DNA from: Candidatus Nomurabacteria bacterium
GTDB taxonomy: Bacteria > Patescibacteriota > Minisyncoccia > Phycocordibacterales > UBA9973
Direction of reading: 5' to 3'
Assembly: GCA_026396015.1 (NCBI GenBank)
Contig: JAPLXP010000003.1
Location: 105,810 to 169,809, forward strand
DNA: 64,000 nt
A program made the position numbers and the translations under genes. A model generated the notes under the pieces. The model did no database searches, was not told the origin of the DNA, and saw only the letters and a list, made by a program, of their open reading frames with translations. The stretch's first letter is position 1, and every line of letters begins with the position of its first letter. This document shows, one piece after another, positions 28,396 through 36,563 of this stretch.

Positions 28396-30564
28396 ATGAC
28401 TGAAAATGAGGTAAAAGATAGACTGGGCAAGCTAAAAGACGAGATCTCTCGTCTTCGTTTTGCATATCACGTAGACAATAGTCCAAATGTTACCGATGAT
28501 GTATATGAATCTCTAACTCGTGAATTGAAAAATCTTGAAGAAAAATATCCACAATTTGCTGATGTAAATAGTGGAATCCATCGTGTAGCAGGGGAACCAC
28601 TCGATGTTTTTAAAAAAGTAAAACATGACTTGCGTATGACATCTCTCAATGATGCTTTTTCTAAAGAGGAAGTATTGGATTGGGAAAAGAGAATTCGAAA
28701 ATTGATAACCAATGATTACACTTATTTTGCAGAATTAAAAATGGACGGCCTAGCTGTGTCTCTGATATATGACAATGGAGTTTTTGTCCGTGGGTCTACT
28801 CGAGGAGATGGATTTATTGGTGAGAATATTACAGAGAATTTAAAAATGATAAATTCTATACCATTAAAATTATCAAGTAAGGCACCTTCTTTTTTAGAAG
28901 TTCGTGGTGAGGTTGTGATGCCAAAGAGAGCTTTGTCTCGCATAAACAAAGAACGCATAGAAAATAATGAAACACCATTTGCAAATACTCGCAATGCCGC
29001 AGCAGGATCATTGCGCCAGCTAGATCCTAGCGTAGTAAAAGATCGCCATTTAGATTTTTTTGCTTGGGATGTTGCCCAATATCATAATATAAATATTGAT
29101 ACTCATTCAGAGAAGCATCAATTTTTAAAAGACCTTGGTTTCACCCTTGCCCCATACGAAAAAAAATCTAAATCCATAGATGATGTATTCGCATTCATAG
29201 ATGAAGTCGAAAAAATCAGACCTGATTTTCCTTATGGCACGGACGGAATTGTGGTGACCGTGGATCAGAATAATCTACAGGAAATACTGGGTATAGTAGG
29301 CAAAGCCCCACGATATTCTGTGGCTTTTAAATATCCAGCAGAAAAATCTACAACTCAAGTATTAGGTATCACTGTGAATGTAGGACGTACAGGAGTCCTC
29401 ACCCCTCTTGCACATTTTGTGCCTACTCTTGTAGCTGGTTCGACAGTTTCCAAAGCTACGTTACACAACATGGATCAAATAGAAAGACTAGATATTCGAA
29501 TTGGTGATACAGTGGTTATTCAAAAAGCAGGGGATGTTATTCCCGAGGTAGTCGAGGTTCTAGTGGGTATGCGCACAGGAAAAGAGAAAAAATTTAAAAT
29601 GCCAGATATTTGTCCTGTGTGTAACGCCGATGTGGAACAAAGAGAAACCGAAAGCAGAAAAAGTCCTCGAGGAGACGGTCTGGCCGAGCGTGCACGCGAA
29701 GGAGATCCGAGGACCTCGATGAGAGGAGCTTTTTCTGCTGAAGGTAAGACTTCGCAAAATAGTAAAAATTTTTCCGCCTTACCTCTCTCGGGCTCCGACG
29801 CCGATAAAAATTTTTACAATTCTGCTGCGTCAACATCTGTCGCATTCTACTGTACAAACAAAAAATGTCCTGCAAAGAATCAACGAGCAATGCAGCACTT
29901 TGTAAACGCTTATGAAATATATGAGATAGGTCCAAAGATTTTAGATAGATTAAAAGAAGAGGGACTGATTAGTGATGCTGCTGATTTATTTGCTCTAGAA
30001 AAGGCAGATCTATCAGGCCTCGAAAGATTTGGAGAAAAATCTGCAGACAATATCATCTCATCTATCGAATCTCATAAAAAAGTAGAATTGTGGAGGTTTA
30101 TATATGCACTCGGAATACTCCATGTAGGAGAGCAGACATCTCACGATATTGCCGACCATTTTGAAAGTTTAGAAAAAATTCGAAAGGCCAGCCTAGAAGA
30201 AATAAACAATATAGAAAATATCGGGCCTGTAGTATCAGAGAGTATTTACAATTATTTTACTCACTCAGAAAATATTCTTTTTATTGAAAAGCTTTTTGCG
30301 AATGGTGTAGTTATAGAAAAAGCTAAAAAGACTGCCGATTCAAAATGGAAGGGGATGACTTTTGTCCTTACAGGAACACTTTCTACTATGGGACGCGATG
30401 ATGTCAAGAAAAAGATACTCGCTAATGGTGGCAAGGTGTCTAGTTCTGTGTCTGCCAAGACATCATACGTCGTAGCCGGGGAGTCTGCCGGATCTAAATA
30501 TACCGAAGCACAAAAACTCGGTGTCAAAATACTATCTGAAGATGAATTTTTAAAGATACTCTAA
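28396..30564 (+). CDS. ligA: NAD-dependent DNA ligase with an in-frame insertion in the zinc finger
   Basis: ELKMDG, RGDG, EVRGE, RNAAAGSLRQ, VGRTG, KAGDVIP, HhH and BRCT domains. Confidence 0.97.
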   Translation: MTENEVKDRLGKLKDEISRLRFAYHVDNSPNVTDDVYESLTRELKNLEEKYPQFADVNSGIHRVAGEPLDVFKKVKHDLRMTSLNDAFSKEEVLDWEKRIRKLITNDYTYFAELKMDGLAVSLIYDNGVFVRGSTRGDGFIGENITENLKMINSIPLKLSSKAPSFLEVRGEVVMPKRALSRINKERIENNETPFANTRNAAAGSLRQLDPSVVKDRHLDFFAWDVAQYHNINIDTHSEKHQFLKDLGFTLAPYEKKSKSIDDVFAFIDEVEKIRPDFPYGTDGIVVTVDQNNLQEILGIVGKAPRYSVAFKYPAEKSTTQVLGITVNVGRTGVLTPLAHFVPTLVAGSTVSKATLHNMDQIERLDIRIGDTVVIQKAGDVIPEVVEVLVGMRTGKEKKFKMPDICPVCNADVEQRETESRKSPRGDGLAERAREGDPRTSMRGAFSAEGKTSQNSKNFSALPLSGSDADKNFYNSAASTSVAFYCTNKKCPAKNQRAMQHFVNAYEIYEIGPKILDRLKEEGLISDAADLFALEKADLSGLERFGEKSADNIISSIESHKKVELWRFIYALGILHVGEQTSHDIADHFESLEKIRKASLEEINNIENIGPVVSESIYNYFTHSENILFIEKLFANGVVIEKAKKTADSKWKGMTFVLTGTLSTMGRDDVKKKILANGGKVSSSVSAKTSYVVAGESAGSKYTEAQKLGVKILSEDEFLKIL
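29653..29739 (+). repeat. Palindromic element copy 1, in frame in ligA
   Basis: Arms AGCAGAAAAAGTCCTC / GAGGAGCTTTTTCTGCT around cores ACGGTCTGGCCGAGCG and GGAGATCCGAGGACCT, which recur inverted at 53392-53439. Confidence 0.8.
29754..29825. repeat. Second inverted-arm element inside the ligA insertion
   Basis: 20-bp arms GCAAAATAGTAAAAATTTTT / AAAAATTTTTACAATTCTGC (2 mismatches) around a GC-rich 32-bp core. Confidence 0.65.
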
Positions 30565-30582
30565 ATATGCTATTCTAGGTAT

Positions 30583-30864
30583 ATGCAATTAGAAGATATT
30601 AAAAAACTAGCCGAATTGGCACGTGTAGACATGAGTGATGAGGAAATGACCGAAATGGCTAATGATTTTGATGGTATTTTGGCCTATGTCGGCCAAGTAG
30701 AGGATGCTGTAAAGCTAATCCCCGAACACGAGGTGGATTTTGATTTGAGTAATGTTGCTCGCGAGGATATTCAGACAAATCGCGGTGGTGAATACACTAG
30801 CAAGATCATTGCCGAATTCCCTGATCAAAAAAACGGATACTTAAAAGTTAAACAGATTCTCTAG
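30583..30864 (+). CDS. gatC: Asp/Glu-tRNA amidotransferase subunit C
   Basis: IKKLAELAR…ILAYV…NVARED…YLKVKQIL, upstream of gatA. Confidence 0.92.
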   Translation: MQLEDIKKLAELARVDMSDEEMTEMANDFDGILAYVGQVEDAVKLIPEHEVDFDLSNVAREDIQTNRGGEYTSKIIAEFPDQKNGYLKVKQIL

Positions 30865-30897
30865 TCACTAGAAACTAGCTACTAAAAACTAATTAAT

Positions 30898-32310
30898 ATG
30901 ATTGATTTAAAAAATCTCACAATAGAAAAGGCGCATGCAGATATGAAAAGCGGGGTATATACTCCGACTGTTTTGGCGAATGCATGTCTAGAGGTTATAA
31001 AACAAAAGAATGCAGAGATTAATGCGTATGTTGAAGTTTACCCTGATGTACTTGAGCAGGCTAAGACGGCAGAGGAAATGTTTGCAAATGGTACTGCTAC
31101 TATGATGACTGGTATTCCTATATCTCTAAAAGATAATATGCTACGTGATGAATACACAGCTAGTGCTTCTTCAAAAATTCTAGAGAATTATACTGCTACA
31201 TATAGTGCTGGAATAGTGTCGCAATTAAAAGGTGCAGGTGTAGTATTCATGGGCCGTACAAATATGGATGAATTCGCCATGGGTAGCTCTACAGAGACGA
31301 GTGCATTTGGAAATACAAAGAATCCTCTTGATACTACATGTGTGCCCGGTGGTTCGTCTGGTGGCGCTGTGTCATCTGTAGCTATGGATGGTGCACTGTG
31401 TGCACTAGGATCTGATACAGGTGGATCTATCCGTCAGCCTGCTGCATTTACAAATCTCGTGGGACTCAAGCCTACATATGGTGCTGTATCTCGATACGGT
31501 ATTATCTCTATGGGAAGCTCACTTGATCAGGTGGGTCCTATCGCAAAGAATGTATCTGATTGTGAAATTCTTTTTAATGCTATAAATGCTTATGATAAAA
31601 ATGATGGCACATCAGTACCTGTTGAAAATAGAATCAAACCCTCACCATTGAAAAAGAAAATTGGTGTACCTCGCGAATTCCTAAAAGGGGATGGTATTGA
31701 TCCTGTAGTGTTAGGAAATTTTGACCAAGCTTGCGAAAAATTGAAAAATGCAGGTTATGAATTGGTGGACGTATCTTTGCCACTCTTGAAATATTCTCTA
31801 CCTGTTTACTATATATTGATGCCAGCTGAAGTATCTTCAAATCTAGCACGCTACGATGGTATTCGATATGGCGAGAGTCATGCAGGCGGTAAGCTATTCG
31901 ATACATATGCCAAGACTCGAGGTCAGGGATTCGGCAAGGAGGTTCGTCGTCGTATAATCCTAGGCACATACATACTCTCTCATGGATATTATGATGCTTA
32001 TTACAATTCTGCTGTAAAGATTCGCAGTGCGATAAAGAATGAATTACAAAATGCATTCAAGGATGTAGACGCTATTATCACACCTACTACACCTACTCTA
32101 CCATTTAAATTTGGAGCAAAATCAAAAGATCCTGTATCTATGTATCTTTTAGACATATTCCTAGCACCTGCAAATATTGCCGGAGTACCAGCTATCTCTG
32201 TGCCTTCTGGTTCATCAAATGGCTTACCTCTCGGTTTACATATAATGGCACCATTCCATCGCGAGGATATACTCTTTACTATTGGGAAAGATTTTGAAAA
32301 ACTAGTATAA
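30898..32310 (+). CDS. gatA: Asp/Glu-tRNA amidotransferase subunit A
   Basis: TNMDEFAMGSS, PGGSSGG, GSDTGGSIRQPA, RYDGIRYG. Confidence 0.97.
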   Translation: MIDLKNLTIEKAHADMKSGVYTPTVLANACLEVIKQKNAEINAYVEVYPDVLEQAKTAEEMFANGTATMMTGIPISLKDNMLRDEYTASASSKILENYTATYSAGIVSQLKGAGVVFMGRTNMDEFAMGSSTETSAFGNTKNPLDTTCVPGGSSGGAVSSVAMDGALCALGSDTGGSIRQPAAFTNLVGLKPTYGAVSRYGIISMGSSLDQVGPIAKNVSDCEILFNAINAYDKNDGTSVPVENRIKPSPLKKKIGVPREFLKGDGIDPVVLGNFDQACEKLKNAGYELVDVSLPLLKYSLPVYYILMPAEVSSNLARYDGIRYGESHAGGKLFDTYAKTRGQGFGKEVRRRIILGTYILSHGYYDAYYNSAVKIRSAIKNELQNAFKDVDAIITPTTPTLPFKFGAKSKDPVSMYLLDIFLAPANIAGVPAISVPSGSSNGLPLGLHIMAPFHREDILFTIGKDFEKLV

Positions 32311-32317
32311 TATAAAT

Positions 32318-32992
32318 ATGTCAGATGCACATGGAGGAGGTGGGGGAAGTGGAGATGAAATACTATGGGTCATTATAGCCCTCGTAGTTTTTTTTGTTGT
32401 CATTTTTGGTTTTTCAAAACCATTTGATCCAACATATTTAAATATATATGCACTATTCGGCAAACTTCTTCCTGGTGTTCAAAAATTTGTGGCATTTCTA
32501 ATAAATCCACATTTTTGGACAACTCTCGGTTATATCTCTATGACCTGTTCTTTGCTCTGTATCACAATCATAATCTTTTCCCTAGTTCGAATGTTTGAGA
32601 TTCAATATCATGAAGATGATGAGATTGAGCACGAGATAAATGAAGCTCTAGCTCGCGACGCAGAACAAGAGAGAAATGAAAATCCTCGTTGGAGATATAT
32701 TGAGACATTAGTAGACAGTCCAAATGAATCTGATTGGCGTATCGCAATAATCGAGGCAGATACAATGCTCGATGAGATTCTTGATGACAGGGGATACTCT
32801 GGCGACACATTAGCTGATAAGTTAAAGGCTGTAGATGGAGGTGCCTTTACTAGTCTTCAGAATGCTTGGGATGCACACAATGTACGCAATCAAATAGCAC
32901 ACGCTGGTTCAGACTTTTCTATCACCGAGCTTGAAGCTCGTCGCGTGATCAAAATGTTCAAAAATGTCTTTGAAGAATTAAGAGCGATATAA
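32318..32992 (+). CDS. Hypothetical membrane protein
   Basis: Two to three TM segments, then WRIAIIEAD…AWDAHNVRNQIAH soluble domain. Confidence 0.75.
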   Translation: MSDAHGGGGGSGDEILWVIIALVVFFVVIFGFSKPFDPTYLNIYALFGKLLPGVQKFVAFLINPHFWTTLGYISMTCSLLCITIIIFSLVRMFEIQYHEDDEIEHEINEALARDAEQERNENPRWRYIETLVDSPNESDWRIAIIEADTMLDEILDDRGYSGDTLADKLKAVDGGAFTSLQNAWDAHNVRNQIAHAGSDFSITELEARRVIKMFKNVFEELRAI

Positions 32993-32995
32993 ACA

Positions 32996-33024
32996 TTGCA
33001 AAATATCTATTTTTTTAGTATAGT
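32996..33024 (+). promoter_or_regulatory. Sigma70-type promoter of the tRNA cluster
   Basis: TTGCAA-N17-TATAGT upstream of the first tRNA. Confidence 0.55.
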
Positions 33025-33065
33025 GTATTTGCTCATTTGAGCGTTGTTTTTGTTGTATATTATAT

Positions 33066-33136
33066 AGCGGGGTAGAGAAGAGGTATCTCGTAAGGCTCAT
33101 AACCTTAAGACTCACGTTCGATTCGTGGCCCCGCAA
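33066..33136 (+). tRNA. tRNA-Met(CAT), probably initiator
   Basis: AGCGGGG/CCCCGCA with 1:72 mismatch, TAAGG-CTCATAA-CCTTA anticodon arm. Confidence 0.85.
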
Positions 33137-33259
33137 CAATCGGCAAGTGACATGCCAAAATATGTCTATTGCTGAAAATGTTTTATGTCGATGTAGCTGT
33201 TTTAGTTAGAAAGCAAATATATGGCATATAGCTTGTTTTAAGGTTAAGTGTATATAAAT

Positions 33260-33333
33260 GTCGATATAGCTCAGGTAGTTAGAGCATCGCACTCATAAAG
33301 CGAAGGTCACAGGTGCAACTCCTGTTATCGACA
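33260..33333 (+). tRNA. tRNA(CAT): elongator Met or Ile2
   Basis: GTCGATA/TATCGAC acceptor, TAGCTCAGGTAGTTAGAGC D-arm, CTCATAA loop, ACAGG-TGCAACT-CCTGT T-arm. Confidence 0.85.
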
Positions 33334-33367
33334 CATTACAGATTTATTATCTGTAGAAATATTTTTT

Positions 33368-33441
33368 GCGGTCGTAGCTCAACTGGTTAGAGCACTCGCC
33401 TGTCACGCGAGAGGTTGCCGGTTCAAGTCCGGTCGACCGCG
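33368..33441 (+). tRNA. tRNA-Asp(GTC)
   Basis: GCGGTCG/CGACCGC, CTCGC-CTGTCAC-GCGAG, GTTCAAG, G73. Confidence 0.95.
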
Positions 33442-33443
33442 CA

Positions 33444-33591
33444 AAAGAAAAACCCCGAAAGGGGTTTTTCTGCGGTCGGAGCAAGCAAACTACTTTGCTT
33501 GCGTCCGGATCTTGAAAGACTTTTCCTTACCAGCTGAGCTGGTGGAAAAGTACCTGCCGATGTAATCGGAAAGATTCCGGTCGACCGCGCA
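33444..33591 (+). repeat. tRNA-tailored element, Asp copy
   Basis: Ends in TCCGGTCGACCGCGCA (33576-33591) = 33428-33443; internal antisense GCGGTCG…CCGGA(T)CTTGAA split by a CTAC-loop hairpin; GACTTTTCC…GGAAAAGT core. Confidence 0.85.
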
Positions 33592-33639
33592 TTGAAAAAT
33601 ACCCTTGAATAAGTTATTATTCAAGGGTATTTTTCTTTT

Positions 33640-33711
33640 GCCGTCATAGCTTAGTGGTAAAGCACTGTCTTGGTAAGACAGAGACCGTGAGTCCGATTCT
33701 CACTGACGGCT
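33640..33711 (+). tRNA. tRNA-Thr(GGT)
   Basis: GCCGTCA/TGACGGC, CTGTC-TTGGTAA-GACAG. Confidence 0.92.
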
Positions 33712-33734
33712 CAAAGACGCCTGCGCGCAATAAC

Positions 33735-33805
33735 GCCTCTTTAGTTCAGTGGCAGAACAACGGTATCGTAAACCGTGAACACCAGTCCGATTCTGGTAGG
33801 AGGCT
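33735..33805 (+). tRNA. tRNA-Thr(CGT)
   Basis: GCCTCTT/AGGAGGC, ACGGT-ATCGTAA-ACCGT. Confidence 0.9.
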
Positions 33806-33856
33806 CATTGATTTATCTATATTTTTAATGTATAGTTTTTAAAAATACTTTAAATT

Positions 33857-34867
33857 ATGGAAACAAATAAACTTGTGTACGGACACAAACTTGGGGGGGC
33901 CACAGCTGGTCATGCACCTTATTTAAATGAACTGATTGAATCATTGGGTAATAGTCAGTATTCAAATTGTAATATTTTTATTGTATGCTCTGCATTTGCT
34001 AGGGTTACAAGACAGTTAGATGCTATTTTTGATATTATTTTTATGGACGTATTAAATATTGATCAAAAAAATAAATTAATTAATGAATGGTTGTTTGAAT
34101 TCAGGGGTACTCATACTGACATTATCAAAACACTTTTTGGGAAAAAAAAGAACTTTGATGAAGTAAATTCTGATTTTAATTCTGAGTATAAGTCTCTTCA
34201 TCGATTAATTACAAATGCTCTAAATAATAAATTTGATAAATATTTAAGAACTGATGACGAAAAGCATTCATATTTACATGCGAGCATGTTGAAATATGGT
34301 GAAATTTGTAGTACTAAAATATTGGCGCACTATTTAGACATTTATAGATTTAATTATCAATATATTGATTCTAGAGAATTCATGAAGACTAACTTTAAAA
34401 CAAGTGATGAATTATCTTTAGAATTTAATCACACAGATGTCAAATTAGATTTTAAAGAGACTTCAGACTTGATTAGCTCAAAATTTTCTGCTGCTTTTAA
34501 TCAGAGTAAGATTGTTATTTGTTCAGGGTTTATTTCTCAAGATTCTAATACTGGAGATTGCACGACTCTTGGTTATGATGGTAGTGACTATACTGCAGCC
34601 GTAATATCATCAGCACTGAAGGCGGAGTCTCTTTCTTTATGGAAAGATGTAGATGGTGTAAAAACCAATGATCCGGATGTAGACCCAGATGCTGAGTTGA
34701 TATACGAAATAACTCATGATGGGCTTATTTCATTGTGTGAGGAAAATGGAAAATGGCCTGTTCGTAGAGACTGCGTTGAACTTTGTAGGGACTCAAAGGT
34801 GACAATTTATCTTAGGCCATCGTCTAATGTAAAGAGTAAGGGTACTAAAATTTGTTCCAATTATTAA
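33857..34867 (+). CDS. Divergent aspartokinase-like amino-acid kinase (no ACT domains)
   Basis: HKLGGAT, IVCSAFARVT, KYGEICS, GFIS, TTLGYDGSDYTAA, WKDVDGVKTNDP. Confidence 0.8.
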   Translation: METNKLVYGHKLGGATAGHAPYLNELIESLGNSQYSNCNIFIVCSAFARVTRQLDAIFDIIFMDVLNIDQKNKLINEWLFEFRGTHTDIIKTLFGKKKNFDEVNSDFNSEYKSLHRLITNALNNKFDKYLRTDDEKHSYLHASMLKYGEICSTKILAHYLDIYRFNYQYIDSREFMKTNFKTSDELSLEFNHTDVKLDFKETSDLISSKFSAAFNQSKIVICSGFISQDSNTGDCTTLGYDGSDYTAAVISSALKAESLSLWKDVDGVKTNDPDVDPDAELIYEITHDGLISLCEENGKWPVRRDCVELCRDSKVTIYLRPSSNVKSKGTKICSNY

Positions 34868-34933
34868 TGCTTAACAGGGCTTGCTTCGGCAACCCTGTTT
34901 TTTTATTGTCCATTTTTCGGTTATAATAGGTAT

Positions 34934-35836
34934 ATGAAAGATTCAAATGCTATACAGACTGAAATAAATGAACTCGAAGAATCTATGCTCAATCCCTACT
35001 TTTGGAATGACAAAAATCATGCACAGTCAGTCATTAAAAAAATACAAGAATTAAAAGACGAGCTACTAGGCGCTGAAAAGTACGACAAAGGTAGTGCTAT
35101 ATTATCTATTCTGTCTGGTGCAGGAGGGGATGATGCCGAGGATTTTACTGCAATGCTCGTGCGAATGTATACAAAATATTTTGACAAAAAAGGTTTTTCT
35201 TATGCCTTGATACATCAGAATGAAAATGATCATGGAGGATATCGCAATATCTCATTTGAAGTATCTGGTCGTAGTGCATATGGATTGCTCAAGAATGAGT
35301 CAGGTGTTCATAGGCTAGTTCGCATCTCGCCGTTCAATGCAAAGTCCCTTCGACACACTTCATTCTCACTAGTTGAAGTTATCCCAAAATTCGACAAGAA
35401 TAGCGATCCAATAGAGATTAGACCTGAAGACTTGAAAATCGAATTCTCCAAGGCAGGTGGCCCTGGTGGGCAGAATGTAAACAAGAGAGAGACTGCAGTG
35501 CGCATAGTTCATATACCTACAAATTTATCTGTACACGTAGCCACCGAGCGATCTCAGGAGCAGAATCGTGATCGTGCCATGGAGATGTTGAAGGGTAAGC
35601 TATTTAAAAAACAAGAAGAAGACAAGGCTAAAATAGCTGCTGGTATGACTCCTACAAAGAGCACTGAGATAGAGTGGGGTAGTCAGATTCGCAATTATGT
35701 ACTGCATCCATACAAGCTCGTAAAAGACCTTCGTACTGGAGTAGAGACCTCGAATGTCGATAAAGTCCTCGAAGACGGTGATATTGATGAATTCATCACA
35801 GCAGAACAGAATCTCTCTTTGGGCAATGTTTTATAA
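34934..35836 (+). CDS. prfB: Peptide chain release factor 2 (shortened domain 1)
   Basis: ESGVHRLVRISPF, RHTSF, GGPGGQNVNK, WGSQIRNYVLHPY. Confidence 0.93.
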   Translation: MKDSNAIQTEINELEESMLNPYFWNDKNHAQSVIKKIQELKDELLGAEKYDKGSAILSILSGAGGDDAEDFTAMLVRMYTKYFDKKGFSYALIHQNENDHGGYRNISFEVSGRSAYGLLKNESGVHRLVRISPFNAKSLRHTSFSLVEVIPKFDKNSDPIEIRPEDLKIEFSKAGGPGGQNVNKRETAVRIVHIPTNLSVHVATERSQEQNRDRAMEMLKGKLFKKQEEDKAKIAAGMTPTKSTEIEWGSQIRNYVLHPYKLVKDLRTGVETSNVDKVLEDGDIDEFITAEQNLSLGNVL

Positions 35837-35869
35837 AAACTTTAAACACTGTATAATATACCAATCGTA

Positions 35870-36556
35870 ATGATTTATTTTGATAATGTAACAAAACAAT
35901 ATACAGACACAGATACAGAACCGTCACTAGAAGGGGTGACGTTTTCTATTGCCCCTGGTGAATTCGTGACTATTGTAGGTCACTCTGGTGCAGGCAAGAC
36001 TACCTTGGCAAAATTGATCATAGCAGAGGAGAAGCCGACTGTTGGTAAAGTGTCTTTTCAGTCTGTTGATATTCATAAATTATCTAATTCAGGCCTGACT
36101 GAACTTCGACGCAAGATTGGAGTAGTTTTCCAAGATTTTAGATTGATTGCAAACAAGACTTCTTTTGAGAATATCGCTTTTGCTATGGAGGCACTAGGCA
36201 AGGATGATGACGAGATAGCATCAGATGTGATGCATGTATTGTCATTGGTCAACTTAGACAACAGATCTTTGCATTTTCCGCATCAACTGTCAGGTGGAGA
36301 AAAGCAGCGTCTAGCTATCGCTCGTGCCATCATCAATCAGCCAGAAATTATCATCGCAGATGAGCCGACTGGCAATCTTGATCCTATAAGTGCAGGGGAG
36401 ATAGTAAATATCTTGAAGAGAATCAATAGCTTGGGTACCACTATCATTTTAACTACTCACAATAAAACCGTCGTGGACTCTCTAGGGAAGCGTGTAATTA
36501 CTCTAGAAAAAGGCCGAATCATCCGAGATGATAAGGAGGGTAAGTATGTGATATAA
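35870..36556 (+). CDS. ftsE: Cell division ATP-binding protein FtsE
   Basis: [36 protein letters not shown]; upstream of ftsX. Confidence 0.93.
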   Translation: MIYFDNVTKQYTDTDTEPSLEGVTFSIAPGEFVTIVGHSGAGKTTLAKLIIAEEKPTVGKVSFQSVDIHKLSNSGLTELRRKIGVVFQDFRLIANKTSFENIAFAMEALGKDDDEIASDVMHVLSLVNLDNRSLHFPHQLSGGEKQRLAIARAIINQPEIIIADEPTGNLDPISAGEIVNILKRINSLGTTIILTTHNKTVVDSLGKRVITLEKGRIIRDDKEGKYVI

Positions 36557-36563
36557 TATTTTT

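Noticed and set aside
29641-29835. Intein or group I/II intron in ligA
   Set aside because: No Cys/Ser start with His-Asn end, too short, and no recognisable intron core
33444-33591. CRISPR array or prophage attL/attR
   Set aside because: No regularly spaced repeats or cas genes; no integrase or phage genes, and only about 130 bp between repeats
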